A DNA stretch of 64,000 nucleotides from Squalus acanthias (GCA_030390025.1 CM059432.1:112036001-112100000), one strand, 5' to 3'. Counted from the stretch's first letter, positions 51,631-63,011 are shown. Notes: a model not told the origin generated them from the letters alone. Numbers and translations: made by a program.

Positions 51631-52484
51631 CCTCGCTAACCCAGGAGTGGAGACCAGGCCAATTATCTCCTCTCTAGCCCAGGAGTGGTGTCCTGGCCAA
51701 TTATCTCCTCTCTAACCCACGAATGGAGTTCTGGCAAACTATCATCTCTCTAACCCAGGAGTGGAGTCCTGGCCAATTATCATCTCCCGAACCCAGGAGT
51801 GAAGCCCTGGCCAATTATCTGCTCTCTAACCCAGGAGTGGAGTCCTGTCCAATTATCACCTCTCTAACTCAGGAGTGGAGTCCTGGCCAATTATTATCTC
51901 TGTAACCCAGGAGTGGAGTCCTGGCCAATTATCTTCTCTCTAACCCAGGAGCGGAGTCCTGGCCAATTATCTCCTCTCTAACCCAGGAGTGGAGTCCTGG
52001 CCAATTATCATCTCTCTAACCCAGGAGGGGAGTCCTGGCCACTTATCTCCTCTCCAACCCAGGAGTGGAGTCCTGGCCAATTATCATCTCTCTAACTCAG
52101 GAGTGGAGAACTGGCCAATTATCATCTCTCTAACCCAGGCATGGAGCCCTGGCCAATTATCACCTCTCTAACCCAGGAGTGGAGTCCTGGCCAATTATCT
52201 CCTCTTTAACCCAGGAGTGGAGAACTGGCCAATTATCACCTCTCAAACCCAGAAGTTGAGTCCTGGCCAATTATTATCTCTCTAACCCAGGACTGGAGTC
52301 CTGGCCAATTATTATCTTTCTAACCCAGGAGTGGAGTCCTGGCCAATTATCTCGTCTCTAACCCAGGAGTGGAGTCCTGTCCAATTATCTCCTCTTTAAC
52401 CCAGGAATGGAGACCTGGCCAATTAACATCTCTCTTACCCAGGAGTGGAGTCCTGACCAATTCTCACCTCTCTAACCCAGGAGT
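51631..52484 (+). repeat. 38-bp satellite, block 3
   Basis: Direct reading. Confidence 0.95.
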
Positions 52485-55195
52485 CAAACAGCGGGAGCCC
52501 AGGAGAGAGCGAGAGTTCGGAGCTACTAAAACAGCGGGAGCCCAGGAGAGAGCGAGAGTTCGGAGCTACAAAAACAGTGGGAGACCAGGAGAGAGCGAGA
52601 GTTCGGAGCTACTAAAACAGTCAGAGCCCAGGAGAGAGCGAGAGTTCGGAGCTACTAAAACAGCGGGAGCCCAGGAGAGAGCGAGAGTTCGGAGCTACTA
52701 AAACAGCGGGAGCCCAGGAGAGAGCGAGAGTTCGGAGCTACTAAAACAGCGGGAGCCCAGGAGCGAGAGTTCGGAGCTACTAAAACAGCGAGAGCCCAGG
52801 AGAGAGCGAGAGTTCGGAGCTACTAAAACAGCGGGAGCCCAGGAGAGAGCGAGAGTTCGGTGCTACTAAAACAGCGGGAGCCCAGGAGAGAGTGAGAGTT
52901 CGGAGCTACTAAAACAGCGGGAGCCCAGGAGAGAGCGAGAGTTCGGAGCTACTAAAACAGCGGGAGCCCAGGAGAGCGAGAGTTCGGAGCTACAAACACA
53001 GTCAGAGCCCAGGAGAGAGCGAGAGTTCGGAGCTACATAAACAGCGGGAGCCCAGGAGAGCGAGAGTTCGGAGCTACAAACACAGTCAGAGCCCAGGAGA
53101 GAGCGAGAGTTCGGAGCTACTAAAACAGTCAGAGCCCAGGAGAGAGTGAGAGTTCGGAGCTACTAAAACAGCGGGAGCCCAGGAGAGCGAGAGTTCGGAG
53201 CTACTAAAACAGTCAGAGCCCAGGAGAGAGCGAGAGTTCGGAGCTACTAAAACAGTCAGAGCCCAGGAGAGAGCGAGAGTTCGGAGCTACTAAAACAGTC
53301 AGAGCCCAGGAGAGAGTGAGAGTTCGGAGCTACTAAAACAGCGGGAGCCCAGGAGAGCGAGAGTTCGGAGCTACTAAAACAGCGGGAGCCCAGGAGAGAG
53401 CGAGAGTTCGGAGCTACTAAAACAGCGGGAGCCCAGGAGAGAGCGAGAGTTCGGAGCTACTAAAACAGCGGGAGCCCAGGAGAGAGCGAGAGTTCGGAGC
53501 TACTAAAACAGCGAGAGCCCAGGAGAGAGCGAGAGTTCGGAGCTACTAAAACAGCGGGATCCCAGGAGAGAGCGAGAGTTCGGAGCTACTAAAACAGCGG
53601 GATCCCAGGAGAGAGCGAGAGTTCGGAGCTACTAAAACAGCGGGAGCCCAGGAGAGAGCGAGAGTTCGGAGCTACTAAAACAGCGGGAGCCCAGGAGAGA
53701 GCGAGAGTTCGGAGCTACTAAAACAGCGGGAGCCCAGGAGAGAGCGAGAGTTCGGAGCTACTAAAACAGTCAGAGCCCAGGAGAGAGCGAGAGTTCGGAG
53801 CTACTAAAACAGCGGGAGCCCAGGAGAGAGCGAGAGTTCGGAGCTACTAAAACAGTGGGAGCCCAGGAGAGAGCGAGAGTTCGGAGCTACTAAAACAGCG
53901 GGAGCCCAGGAGAGAGCGAGAGTTCGGAGCTACTAAAACAGCGGGAGCCCAGGAGAGAGCGAGAGTTCGGAGCTACAAAAACAGCGGGAGCCCAGGAGAG
54001 AGCGAGAGTTCGGAGCTACAAAAACAGCGGGAGTGCCCAGGAGAGAGCGAGAGTTCGGAGCTACATAAACAGCGGGAGCCCAGGAGAGCGAGAGTTCGGA
54101 GCTACTAAAACAGTGGGAGCCCAGGAGAGAGCGAGAGTTCGGTGCTACTAAAACAGCGGGGGCCCAGGAGAGAGCGAGAGTTCGGAGCTACTAAAACAGC
54201 GGGAGCCCAGGAGAGAGCGAGAGTTCGGAGCTACTAAAACAGCGGGAGTGCCCAGGAGAGAGCGAGAGTTCGGAGCTACTAAAACAGCGGGAGCCCAGGA
54301 GAGAGCGAGAGTTCGGAGCTACAAAAACAGCGGGAGCCCAGGTGAGCGAGAGTTCGGAGCTACAAAAACAGCGGGAGCCCAGGAGAGAGCGAGAGTTCGG
54401 AGCTACTAAAACAGCGGGAGCCCAGGAGAGCGAGAGTTCGGAGCTACTAAAACAGCGGGAGCCCAGGAGAGAGCGAGAGTTCGGAGTTACTAAAACAGCG
54501 GGAGCCCAGGAGAGAGCGAGAGTTCGGAGCTACTAAAACAGCGAGAGCCCAGGAGAGAGCGAGTGTTCGGAGCTACAAAAACAGCGGGAGCCCAGGAGAG
54601 AGCGAGAGTTCGGAGCTACTAAAACAGCGGGAGCCCAGGAGAGCGAGAGTTCGGAGCTACTAAAACAGCGGGAGCCCAGGAGAGAGCGAGAGTTCGGAGT
54701 TACTAAAACAGCGGGAGCCCAGGAGAGAGCGAGAGTTCGGAGCTACTAAAACAGCGAGAGCCCAGGAGAGAGCGAGTGTTCGGAGCTACAAAAACAGCGG
54801 GAGCCCAGGAGAGAGCGAGAGTTCGGAGCTACAAAAACAGTCAGAGCCCAGGAGAGAGCGAGAGTTCGGAGCTACTAAAACAGCGAGAGCCCAGGAGAGA
54901 GCGAGAGTTCGGAGCTACAAAAACAGTCAGAGCCCAGGAGAGAGCGAGAGTTCGGAGCAACTAAAACAGCGGGATCCCAGGAGAGAGCGAGAGTTCGGAG
55001 CTACTAAAGCAGTCAGAGCCCAGGTGAGCGAGAGTTCGGAGCTACTAAAGCAGTCAGAGCCCAGGTGAGCGAGAGTTCGGAGCTACTAAAACAGTCAGAG
55101 CCCAGGTGAGCGAGAGTTCGGAGCTACTAAAACAGTCAGAGCCCAGGAGAGAGCGAGAGTTCGGAGCTACTAAAACAGTCAGAGCCCAGGTGAGC
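52485..55195 (+). repeat. 43-bp tandem repeat AAAACAGCGGGAGCCCAGGAGAGAGCGAGAGTTCGGAGCTACT (~63 copies), forming the 5' end of the following CR1
   Basis: Period 43 (for example 52501 to 52544). The last unit runs straight into the CR1 5'UTR. Confidence 0.95.
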
Positions 55196-55409
55196 GGCTA
55201 CAACAGACCGGTGAGTGTAAAGAAGTAAAAAGTAATCGAAATGTGACATCACCAGAAAGCAGGTAAGTGATTGGTTGGTGAGTATTTCTATATTTCTCGC
55301 TTTTTTTCCAAACTTGGGCGTCTAAATTTAAGTGCCTTGGTGTGGATTAAAAGATATACGTGTTCCAAATTTTAAAACTGTATTAATTAATTGAGATTGG
55401 AGACCAGGC

Positions 55410-56349
55410 AATGTGTTGTTGTTGTTGCATGTGGGAGCTGGTGGACACCATTGAGGTCCAAGGCGACCACATCTGCAGCGAATGTTGGTTGCTCGAGGAA
55501 CTTCGGCTCAGAGTTGATGAGCTGGAGTCCGAGATTCAGACACTGCGACACATTAGGGAGGGGGAGCGTTACCTGGACACTGAGTTCCAGGAGGCAGTCA
55601 CACCCACGAGAGTAATTTCTTCCAATTTTCCCATGGTCAGGGACAGGAGGGTGTGACTACAAGCGAGGCAGATATTGGGATCCAGGAGGTAGTGATGGAG
55701 AAGCCTCAGCCCTTGTCCTTGTCTAACAGGTACGAGATTCTTGCTCTCTGTGTGGAAGAGGGCAGGGACTGCAGGGAGGATGAGCAATATGACCACAGCA
55801 CCATGGTACAGGGAGCCATTCAAGTGGGGGGAGTAAAGAGAAATGTTGTAGTGATAGGGGATAGTATAGTTAGGGGGATAAACACTGTTCTCTGAAGCTG
55901 AGAGCGTGAGTCCCGAAGGCTGTGTTGCCTACCCGGTGCCAGGGTTAAGGACATCGCCTCTCGGCTGGAGAGAAACTTGGAGTGAGAGGGGGTGGATCCA
56001 GTTGTCATGGTCCACGTAGGCACCAATGACATAGGTAGGACAAAGAAAGAGGTTCTGCTGAGAGAGTATGAGCAGATAGGGGCTAAATTAAAAGCAGAAC
56101 CACAAAGGTAATAATCTCTGGATTACTACCTGAGCCACGAGCGAATTTGCATAGGGTAAATAAGATCAGAGAAATGAATGAGTGGCTCAAAGACTGGTGT
56201 GGGAGAAAAGGGTTTCGATTTGTGGGGCACTGGCACCAGTTTGGGATAAGAGGGAGCTGTTCCGTTTGGACGGGCTTCACTTGAACCATGCTGGGGCTAG
56301 AGTCCTGGCGAATCGAATAACAAGGGCTGTAGAGAGGGCTTTAAACTAA
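55410..56349 (+). pseudogene. CR1 ORF1 (zinc finger, coiled coil, SGNH esterase), disrupted
   Basis: CCCCMWELVD..HICSECW, LSNRY, VIGDSIVRG, HVGTND, DGLHLN; ends ERALN* (TAA 56347-56349); several stops and frameshifts. Confidence 0.88.
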
Positions 56350-59300
56350 ATAGTGGGGGGGAGGATCCAGGTGAGCGGGAATTTAAAAAGTCAATGAGAA
56401 ATGAGAAAGCAATAGAGCAGGATAGAGATGGGGGAAATAATAACCAGAGTGTGACAGGAAGGGACGGAATGTTTAAAAATAAGAGTGCAACAGAAAATGG
56501 GGCCAAAACAAGGAGGAATGGTAAAAAGACAAAGGCCCAGAAATTGATCTCGCTCTGTTCCCGCGGGGGTAAGCCTTTCCCGCGATGTCTCACCTCGCTT
56601 ATGCTTTTTCTGATCCAGCTCGCACGAAATTGATGTTCCAGACATCAGCTGTGCTGGGCTTGCGTATCCCAGCGGCGTAGTTAATTCGTGCGAGCTGTGG
56701 GATCACGTGACTCAGTTAGAGCCAATGGCAGCACACCATCTTCCATTCATAAGTCTCACAGCATGGCTGAGAGACTTATGAATCTTACACCCCCCCAAAA
56801 TAACAGCTAAACCTCAATTAAATTAAAAAAAAAACCCATCACATTAATAAAATAAGTATAGTTAATTAAATTAACCATTTTAAATAAAAAATTAAATTTT
56901 TGAAAAAATTTAAAATCTTTTAAAAAGTTATAAAAATAAACTTACCTGTCTTTAAAGTCTATAAAAAAGATATACCTGTAAAAAAAAATTCAAAAAAATA
57001 CTTAATTCACTACTTACCTTCTTAAAAGCGGGTCTTACTCCTCCTTTTTACATTTCCAAAATCTTCAGTACTTACCTGCGCGTCCAAAGCATGAAGTGCA
57101 CAGCGTGCGCGCAGCCTGTAGCGCGCACGCGATGCACTCCGGCCCCGCCCCCTTTTCGGAAGAGCAATTGCCGGTTTTCAGCGCATGCGCAGGGCATGCA
57201 GAAAACCGGCAATTGGAGTGGGAATACGCGAGAGTATGCAGTGCGTACTCTCGCGCACCGAGATCAATTTTCGGCCCATTGTTAAATACTCTATATCTGA
57301 ATGCACGCAGCATTCGTAACAGGATAGATGAGTTGACGGCACAAATAGATACAAATGGGTATGATCTGATTGCCATTACAGAGACGTGGTTGCAAGGTGA
57401 TCAGGGCTGGGAACTGAATATTCCAGGGTATTTGACAATTCGGAAGGATAGACAGAAAGGAAAGGGAGGTGGGGTGGCTTTGTTGGTAAAGGATGGGATC
57501 AGTGCGGTGGTGAGAAGTGATATTGGCTCAGAAGATCAAGATGTAGAATTGATTTGGGTGGAGATAAAAAATAATAAAGGGAAAAAGTCTCTGGTGGGCG
57601 GAGTCTACATGCCCCCGAACAGTCGCAATACTGTTGGACAGAGAATAAATCAATAAATAATGGAGGCCTGTAAAAAAGGTACGGTAATAATCATGGGTGA
57701 TTTTAATCTCCATATTGATTGGACAAATCAAATTGGCCATGGTAGCCTTGAGGAGGAGTTCATAGACTGCATCCGGGATGGTTTCCTAGAACAGTATGTA
57801 ATGGAACCAACCAGGGAGCAGGCTATCTTGGATCTGGTACTATGTAATGAGACAGAATTAATAAATGATCTCATATAAAGGATCCTCTAGGAAAGAGTGA
57901 TCATAGCATGGTTGAATTTCAAATTCAGTTGGAGGGTGAGAAAGTTGCATCTCAAACCAGTGTCCTGATCTTAAACAAAGGCAATTACAGTGGCATGAGG
58001 GCAGAACTGGCTAAAGTGGACTGGAAAAATAAATTAAAGGGTAAGACAGTTGAAATGCAGTGGCGGACATTTAAGGAGATATTTCATAACTCTCAACAAA
58101 AATATATTCCAGTGAGAAAGAAAGATTTTAAGAGAAGGGAGCACCATCCGTGGCTAACTAAGGAAGTAAAGGATATCAAATTGAAAATGAAGGCATACAA
58201 TGTTGCCAAGATTGGTGGGAGACCAGAGGATTGGGAACTTTTTAAAAACCAGCAAAGGATGACTAAAAAAAAATAAAGAGAGAGAAGATGAATTATGAGA
58301 GTAAACTGGCAAGAAACATTAAAACAGATAGTAAGAGCTTCTACAGGTATATAAAAAGGAAGAGGGTAGCTAAAGTAAATGTTGGTCCCTTAGAGGATGA
58401 GACTGGGGAACTAATAATGGGGAACGGGGAAATGGCAGAGACTCTGAACAAATATTTTGTATCTATCTTCACGGTAGAAGACATTAACAACATCCCAAGG
58501 GGCCACAGGGAGGGCGGAACTAAAGACAATCACTATCATTAAGGAAATAGTACTTGGTAAAATAATGGGACTAAAAGATGACAAATTCCCTGGACCAGAT
58601 GGCCTGCATCCCAGGGTCTTAAAAGAAATGGCTGCAGAGATAGTGGATGCATTGGTTGCAATATACCAAAATTCCCTGGACTCTGGAGAGGTCCCAGCGG
58701 ATTGGAAAACCGCTAATGTAATACCCCTATTTAAGAAAGGAGGGAGACAGAAAGCAGGAAACTATAGACAAGTTAGCCTAACATCTGTCGTTGGGAAAAT
58801 GCTGGAGACCTTCATTAAGGAAGCAGTAGCAGGGCATTTGGAAAATCTAAATGCAGTCAAGCAGAGTCAGCATGGTTTTATGAAAGGGAAATCATGTTTA
58901 ACAAACTTGCTGCAGTTCTTTGAGGAGGTAACGAGCAGGGTGGACAAAGGTGAACCAGTGGATCTGGTGTATTTAGATTTCCAGAAGGCATTCGATAAGG
59001 AGCCACATAAAAGGTTACTGCGCAAGATAAGAGCTCACAGGAATTGGGGGTAATATATTAGCATGGATAGAGAATTGGATAACTAACAGAAAGCAGACAG
59101 TCGGGATAAATGGGTCATTTTCCGGGTGGCAAACGGTAACTACTGGGGTGCCACAGGGATCGGTGCTGGGGCCTCAACTATTTACAATCTACATTAATGA
59201 CTTGGATGAAGGGACCGAGTGTAATGTAGCCAAGTTTGCTGATGATACAAAGATGGGTGGGAAAGCAAGTTGTGCACAGGACTCAAAGAACCTGCAAAGG

Positions 59301-60060
59301 GATGTAGACAGGCTCAGTGAGTGGACAAACATTTGGCAGATGGAGAATAATGTGGCAAAGTGCGAGGTTATACACTTTGGCAAGAAAAATAAAAAAGCAA
59401 ATTATTATTTAATTGGAGAGAGATTACAAAATGCTACAGTTCAGAGGGACCTGGGTGTCCTTGTGCATGAAACACAAAAAGTTAGCAAGCAGGTACAGCA
59501 AGTAATCAAAAAGGCAAATGGAATGTTGGCCTTTATTTCAAAGGGGTTGGAGTATAAAAGCAGGGAAGTCCTGCTGCAACTGTACAGGGTATTGGTGAGA
59601 CCACACCTTGAGTACTGCGTACAGTTTTGGTCTCCTTATTTAAGGAAGGATATACTTGCATTGGAGGCAGTTCAGAGACGATTCACTAGGTTAATTCCAG
59701 AGATGAGGGGGTTGACTTATGAGGAAAGGTTGAGCAGGCTGGGCCTATACTCATTGGAATTTAGAAGAATGAGAGGTGATCTTACTGAAACATATAAGAT
59801 ACTGAGGGGGCATGACAAGGTAGATGCAGAGAGGAAGTTTCACCTCGTGGGGAAATCTAGAACGCGGGGGCACAGTTGTAGAATAAAGGGTTGCCCTTTT
59901 AGAACTGAGATGAGGAGGAATTTCTTCTCTCAGGAGGTCGTAAATCTGTGAAATTCTCTGCCCCAGAGAGCTGTGGAGGCTGGGTCATTAAATATATTTA
60001 AGGTGGACATAGACAAATTTTTGCAAGATAAGGGAGTGAAGGGTTATGGGGAGCGGGCGG
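56340..60060 (+). pseudogene. CR1 ORF2 (endonuclease + RT), disrupted by a MITE, stops and frameshifts
   Basis: LYLNARSIRN, ITETW, MGDFN, QHGFMKGKSC, PQGSVLGP, FADD and VRPHLEYCVQFW spread over ORFs 57096-59951. Confidence 0.9.
56534..57277. mobile_element. MITE (family A, copy 2) inserted at the start of CR1 ORF2
   Basis: Near-identical to 5809-6550. Removing it plus 3 nt restores KKTKLNTLYLNARS. Confidence 0.92.
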
Positions 60061-60164
60061 GGAAGTGGCTTTGAGCCCAAGGTCAGCCATGATCTTATTG
60101 AATGGCGGAGCAGGCTCGAGGGGTCAAGTGACCTATTCCTGCTCCTATTTCTTATGTTCTTATG

Positions 60165-60924
60165 ATGGAGACCTGCCCAATTATCACCTCCCTAACCCAA
60201 GAGTGAATTGCTGGCCAATTATCATCTCTCTAACCCAGGAGTGGAGACCTGGCCAATTATCTCCTCTCTAACCTAGGAGTGGCGTCCTGGCCAATTATCT
60301 CCTCTCTAACCCAGGAGTGAAGACCTGGCCAATTATCTCCTCTCTAACCCAGGAGTGGAGACCTGGCCAATTATCTCCTCTCTAACCTTGGAGTGGAGTC
60401 CTGGCCAATTATCTCCTCTCTAACCCAGGACTGGAGTCCTGGACAATTCTCTCCTCTCTAACCCAGGAGTGGAGACCTGGCCAATTATCTCCTCTCTAAC
60501 CCAGGAGTGGCGTCCTGGCCAATTATCTCCTCTCTAACCCATGACTGGAGTCCTGGACAATTACCATCTCTCTAACCCAGGAGCGGAGACCTGGCCAATT
60601 ATCTCCTCTCTAACCCAGGAGTGGCGTCCTGGACAATTACCATCTCTCTAACCCAGGAGTGGAGACCTGGCCAATTATCATCTCTCTAACCCAGGAGTGG
60701 AGTCCTGGCCAATTATCTCCTCTCTAACCCAGGAGTGGAGTCCTGGCCAATTATCTCCTCTCTAACCCAGGAGTGGAGTCCTGGCCAATTATCTCCTCTC
60801 TAACCCAGGAATGGATTCCTGGCCAATTATCTGCTCACTAACCCAGGAGTAGAGTCCTGGCCAATTATCATCTTTCTAACCCAGGAGTGGAGTCCTGGCC
60901 AATTATCATCTCTCTAACCCAGGA
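60165..60924 (+). repeat. 38-bp satellite, block 4 (array end)
   Basis: Direct reading; the last unit ends ...taacccagga|cactgag. Confidence 0.95.
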
Positions 60925-61062
60925 CACTGAGACTAATTGTAGCAACCCTTTTCCCTTGATGAGATTACCTATCTCAGCACTGACCTGGAACTGAATCTAA
61001 GATTTTCCTGGATTCTATGGCTCCACTACTCGCTGTGGAAACCCTCTGAGCTATTAGGGGAG
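60925..61062 (-). mobile_element. 5' (tRNA-derived) head of a SINE
   Basis: The minus strand has a Pol III A-box-like TAGCTCAGAGG (61053-61043) and a degenerate B-box GATTCAGTTCC (60997-60987), then reads on into the satellite. Confidence 0.65.
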
Positions 61063-61402
61063 CCCTAGTTCCAGCTTTTCTGTTTGAAAAGTATTTTTGA
61101 CCATATTTTCTTTCTTACTCTTCACACATGACACACACTTACTTCCTCACAGTTAAGAGGGAAGATGGGTGACTGTTCCCAGACTTTTCCCAGTGCTGCA
61201 CTGAAACTGACCATAAGGAGGTACACCACAGTGTGACTGCCCCTTGGAATTTCTCTCTCTTCCTATGGGAAGTGTTGGATTTTCACATGGCACCTCTGAG
61301 ACTGGTATGACTGAAATTCAACTCAACACCTAGGGAGTAAAAGATGACTATGACTCAAATCTTTCTCCTTTATGGCACGACATATTAATTGTCCAACATA
61401 AT

Positions 61403-62153
61403 GGGGGGACATTTAACCTAAAATAAGGGTGGGTTGGGGTTGTGTGGGAATTTAAAGTGTTAAAAATCTGAATCCCGACCAGAACCTGCCTCCAATCCGC
61501 CCACTTTCAGTTTTAACAGTGGTAGGATGGGGAGGGGGGGCGCCCCGGGGGCAGCCAATCCACTCCTTGGAGGCGGGTCATCCATTTCAACATTATAATG
61601 AGGCTGGAAGCCGCTGATTTAACCTCCATTTTGAATTTAACTTTAGCTGATCGGATTTTGCACGCCTCTTGAAAACCGGCAGCTGGCGGAAGGCGAGGAC
61701 TGCAGGAGGTAAGAGCCTTTACACTTACCTCCTGGATCCAGCGTCCCTGCCTAACCCAGCCTGCAATTGGAGAACCCGCCACAAGGCCGCCAATCCCCCT
61801 CCACGAGGCCTCCCCCCTCCTCTGCTCCTCTGGCCCTCTGATGTCGTCTGCCCACCCCCCCCCCCCCCCACCCCACCACTCCTCTTCCCTCCCGCCTGCT
61901 CCTCCTGGCCTTCTGATGATGCTCCGGCCCTCCCCGTGCTCCGGCCCTCCTCGTGCTCCTCCAGCCGCCCGCCATCCCCACGTGATCCCTCCTCTCTGTG
62001 GCCTAGTGCCACAGGCCTAGTCGCCTGCAGCCAGCCAGCCTCTCAATCTGGCTGGCTGCGGATGGGAAACAGGTTTCCCCTGCAAATCAGGCCCTGCCAT
62101 TTAATTCGCATTCTCCCGTGCTCCCAACCCGCCTTCCCATTAAAATTCAGGCC
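61403..62153. mobile_element. Older MITE-like element with AAT TSD
   Basis: Weak TIRs GGGGGGACATTTAA / TTAAAATTCAGGCC and subterminal inverted GGGTGGGTTGGG / CCCAACCCGCC. AAT at 61400-61402 and 62154-62156. Carries AGGTAAG/ACTTACCT, a C-rich centre and the hairpin CAGCCAGCCAG..CTGGCTGGCTG. Confidence 0.6.
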
Positions 62154-63011
62154 AATGTGCCTAAATAGTTGTAGTTTTTATCCCTGCGTATTAGCTTAGT
62201 TGAAACTGATCCATAATTAGTATAAGAGGGAAACTCACAAAGTGACAAACAAACCTGGAATGCAACAGACAGAAAATCCAGGATTGTAAAGCATTGAAAC
62301 AAATGTTGCGAGGCAAACTTGTCTGCATACAAGTTAAATCCCAAAAGTTACTTTGACAAAGTTTAATTGTTTTGCATCCTGTAGAAATATTGGTAACTAG
62401 ACATAAAAATAGATTAGTTTGTGGAATTTAGCGCAAGAGCTCTGAATTAGTGCTCAGCTTTGCTAGAGGGGTTATTTTAAGCAAGTATAAATTGTGCTGG
62501 AAACGGCGGTGCTTTACAACAAGATTGTCTTTTAGGTGGCCTTTGTCTAGATGGTGTTGATAAAGCCACCCTATTGGTAGCATAGTGCGCGTGCTACAGT
62601 TCCTCATGATTTGCTTCTTCAAGAGAGACTGAGGGGTAATTTTACAACGTTGCAGCCTCACCCATCAGGAGCACATATCAGAAATTCAGACACATACTGT
62701 GTACAATTTTCCAACCATTAATTTTAAATGATCAAAAAATTGTGAGAGTGTATGCCTGAATTTTCTTTCGCTGGCACTGGAAAGTCAGATAATTTCACCT
62801 TCAATTGTTTTCTCCTCCATGGCTAGGACTCTCACTCAACATTTATATAATTCAGCAGCATTTTAACAGCACTCCTAAATTATTGCACAACCTGAGGGTG
62901 GTCTTGGACTTACCAGAATTGTGTACAGCTAATTCTCTCCATACCAGTCTGAAAGGAAAGAAGCAATAGCAGGTAAATTAAAATATTCAATTCCAGCACA
63001 TTAGACATCAT

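Larger units (their letters stand above)
52485..60164 (+). mobile_element. Apparently full-length, decayed CR1 LINE (monomer 5'UTR, ORF1, ORF2, TTCTTATG tail) inserted in the 38-bp satellite
   Basis: The satellite unit ccaggagt|ggagacctg rejoins across 52484/60167. ORF1 has a CxxC..CxxC zinc finger and esterase; ORF2 endonuclease and RT motifs run to ~59950; tail at 60149-60164. Confidence 0.92.

Noticed and set aside
52485..55195. 43-bp repeat as a CRISPR array or tRNA cluster (contains GTTCGGAG)
   Set aside because: No spacers, no cloverleaf and no A box; it is contiguous with the CR1 5'UTR.
18415..60924. CRISPR-like array (38-bp units with an internal palindrome)
   Set aside because: Units are head-to-tail with no unique spacers, there are no cas genes, and the context is vertebrate TEs.
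18415..60924. Interstitial telomeric repeat (CTAACCC in every unit)
   Set aside because: Only one hexamer per 38 bp, never tandem, and it reads TGGGTTAG rather than the AGGGTT core.
60985..61062. tRNA gene
   Set aside because: The B box is degenerate and no cloverleaf or T-run terminator is evident; it fits a SINE head.
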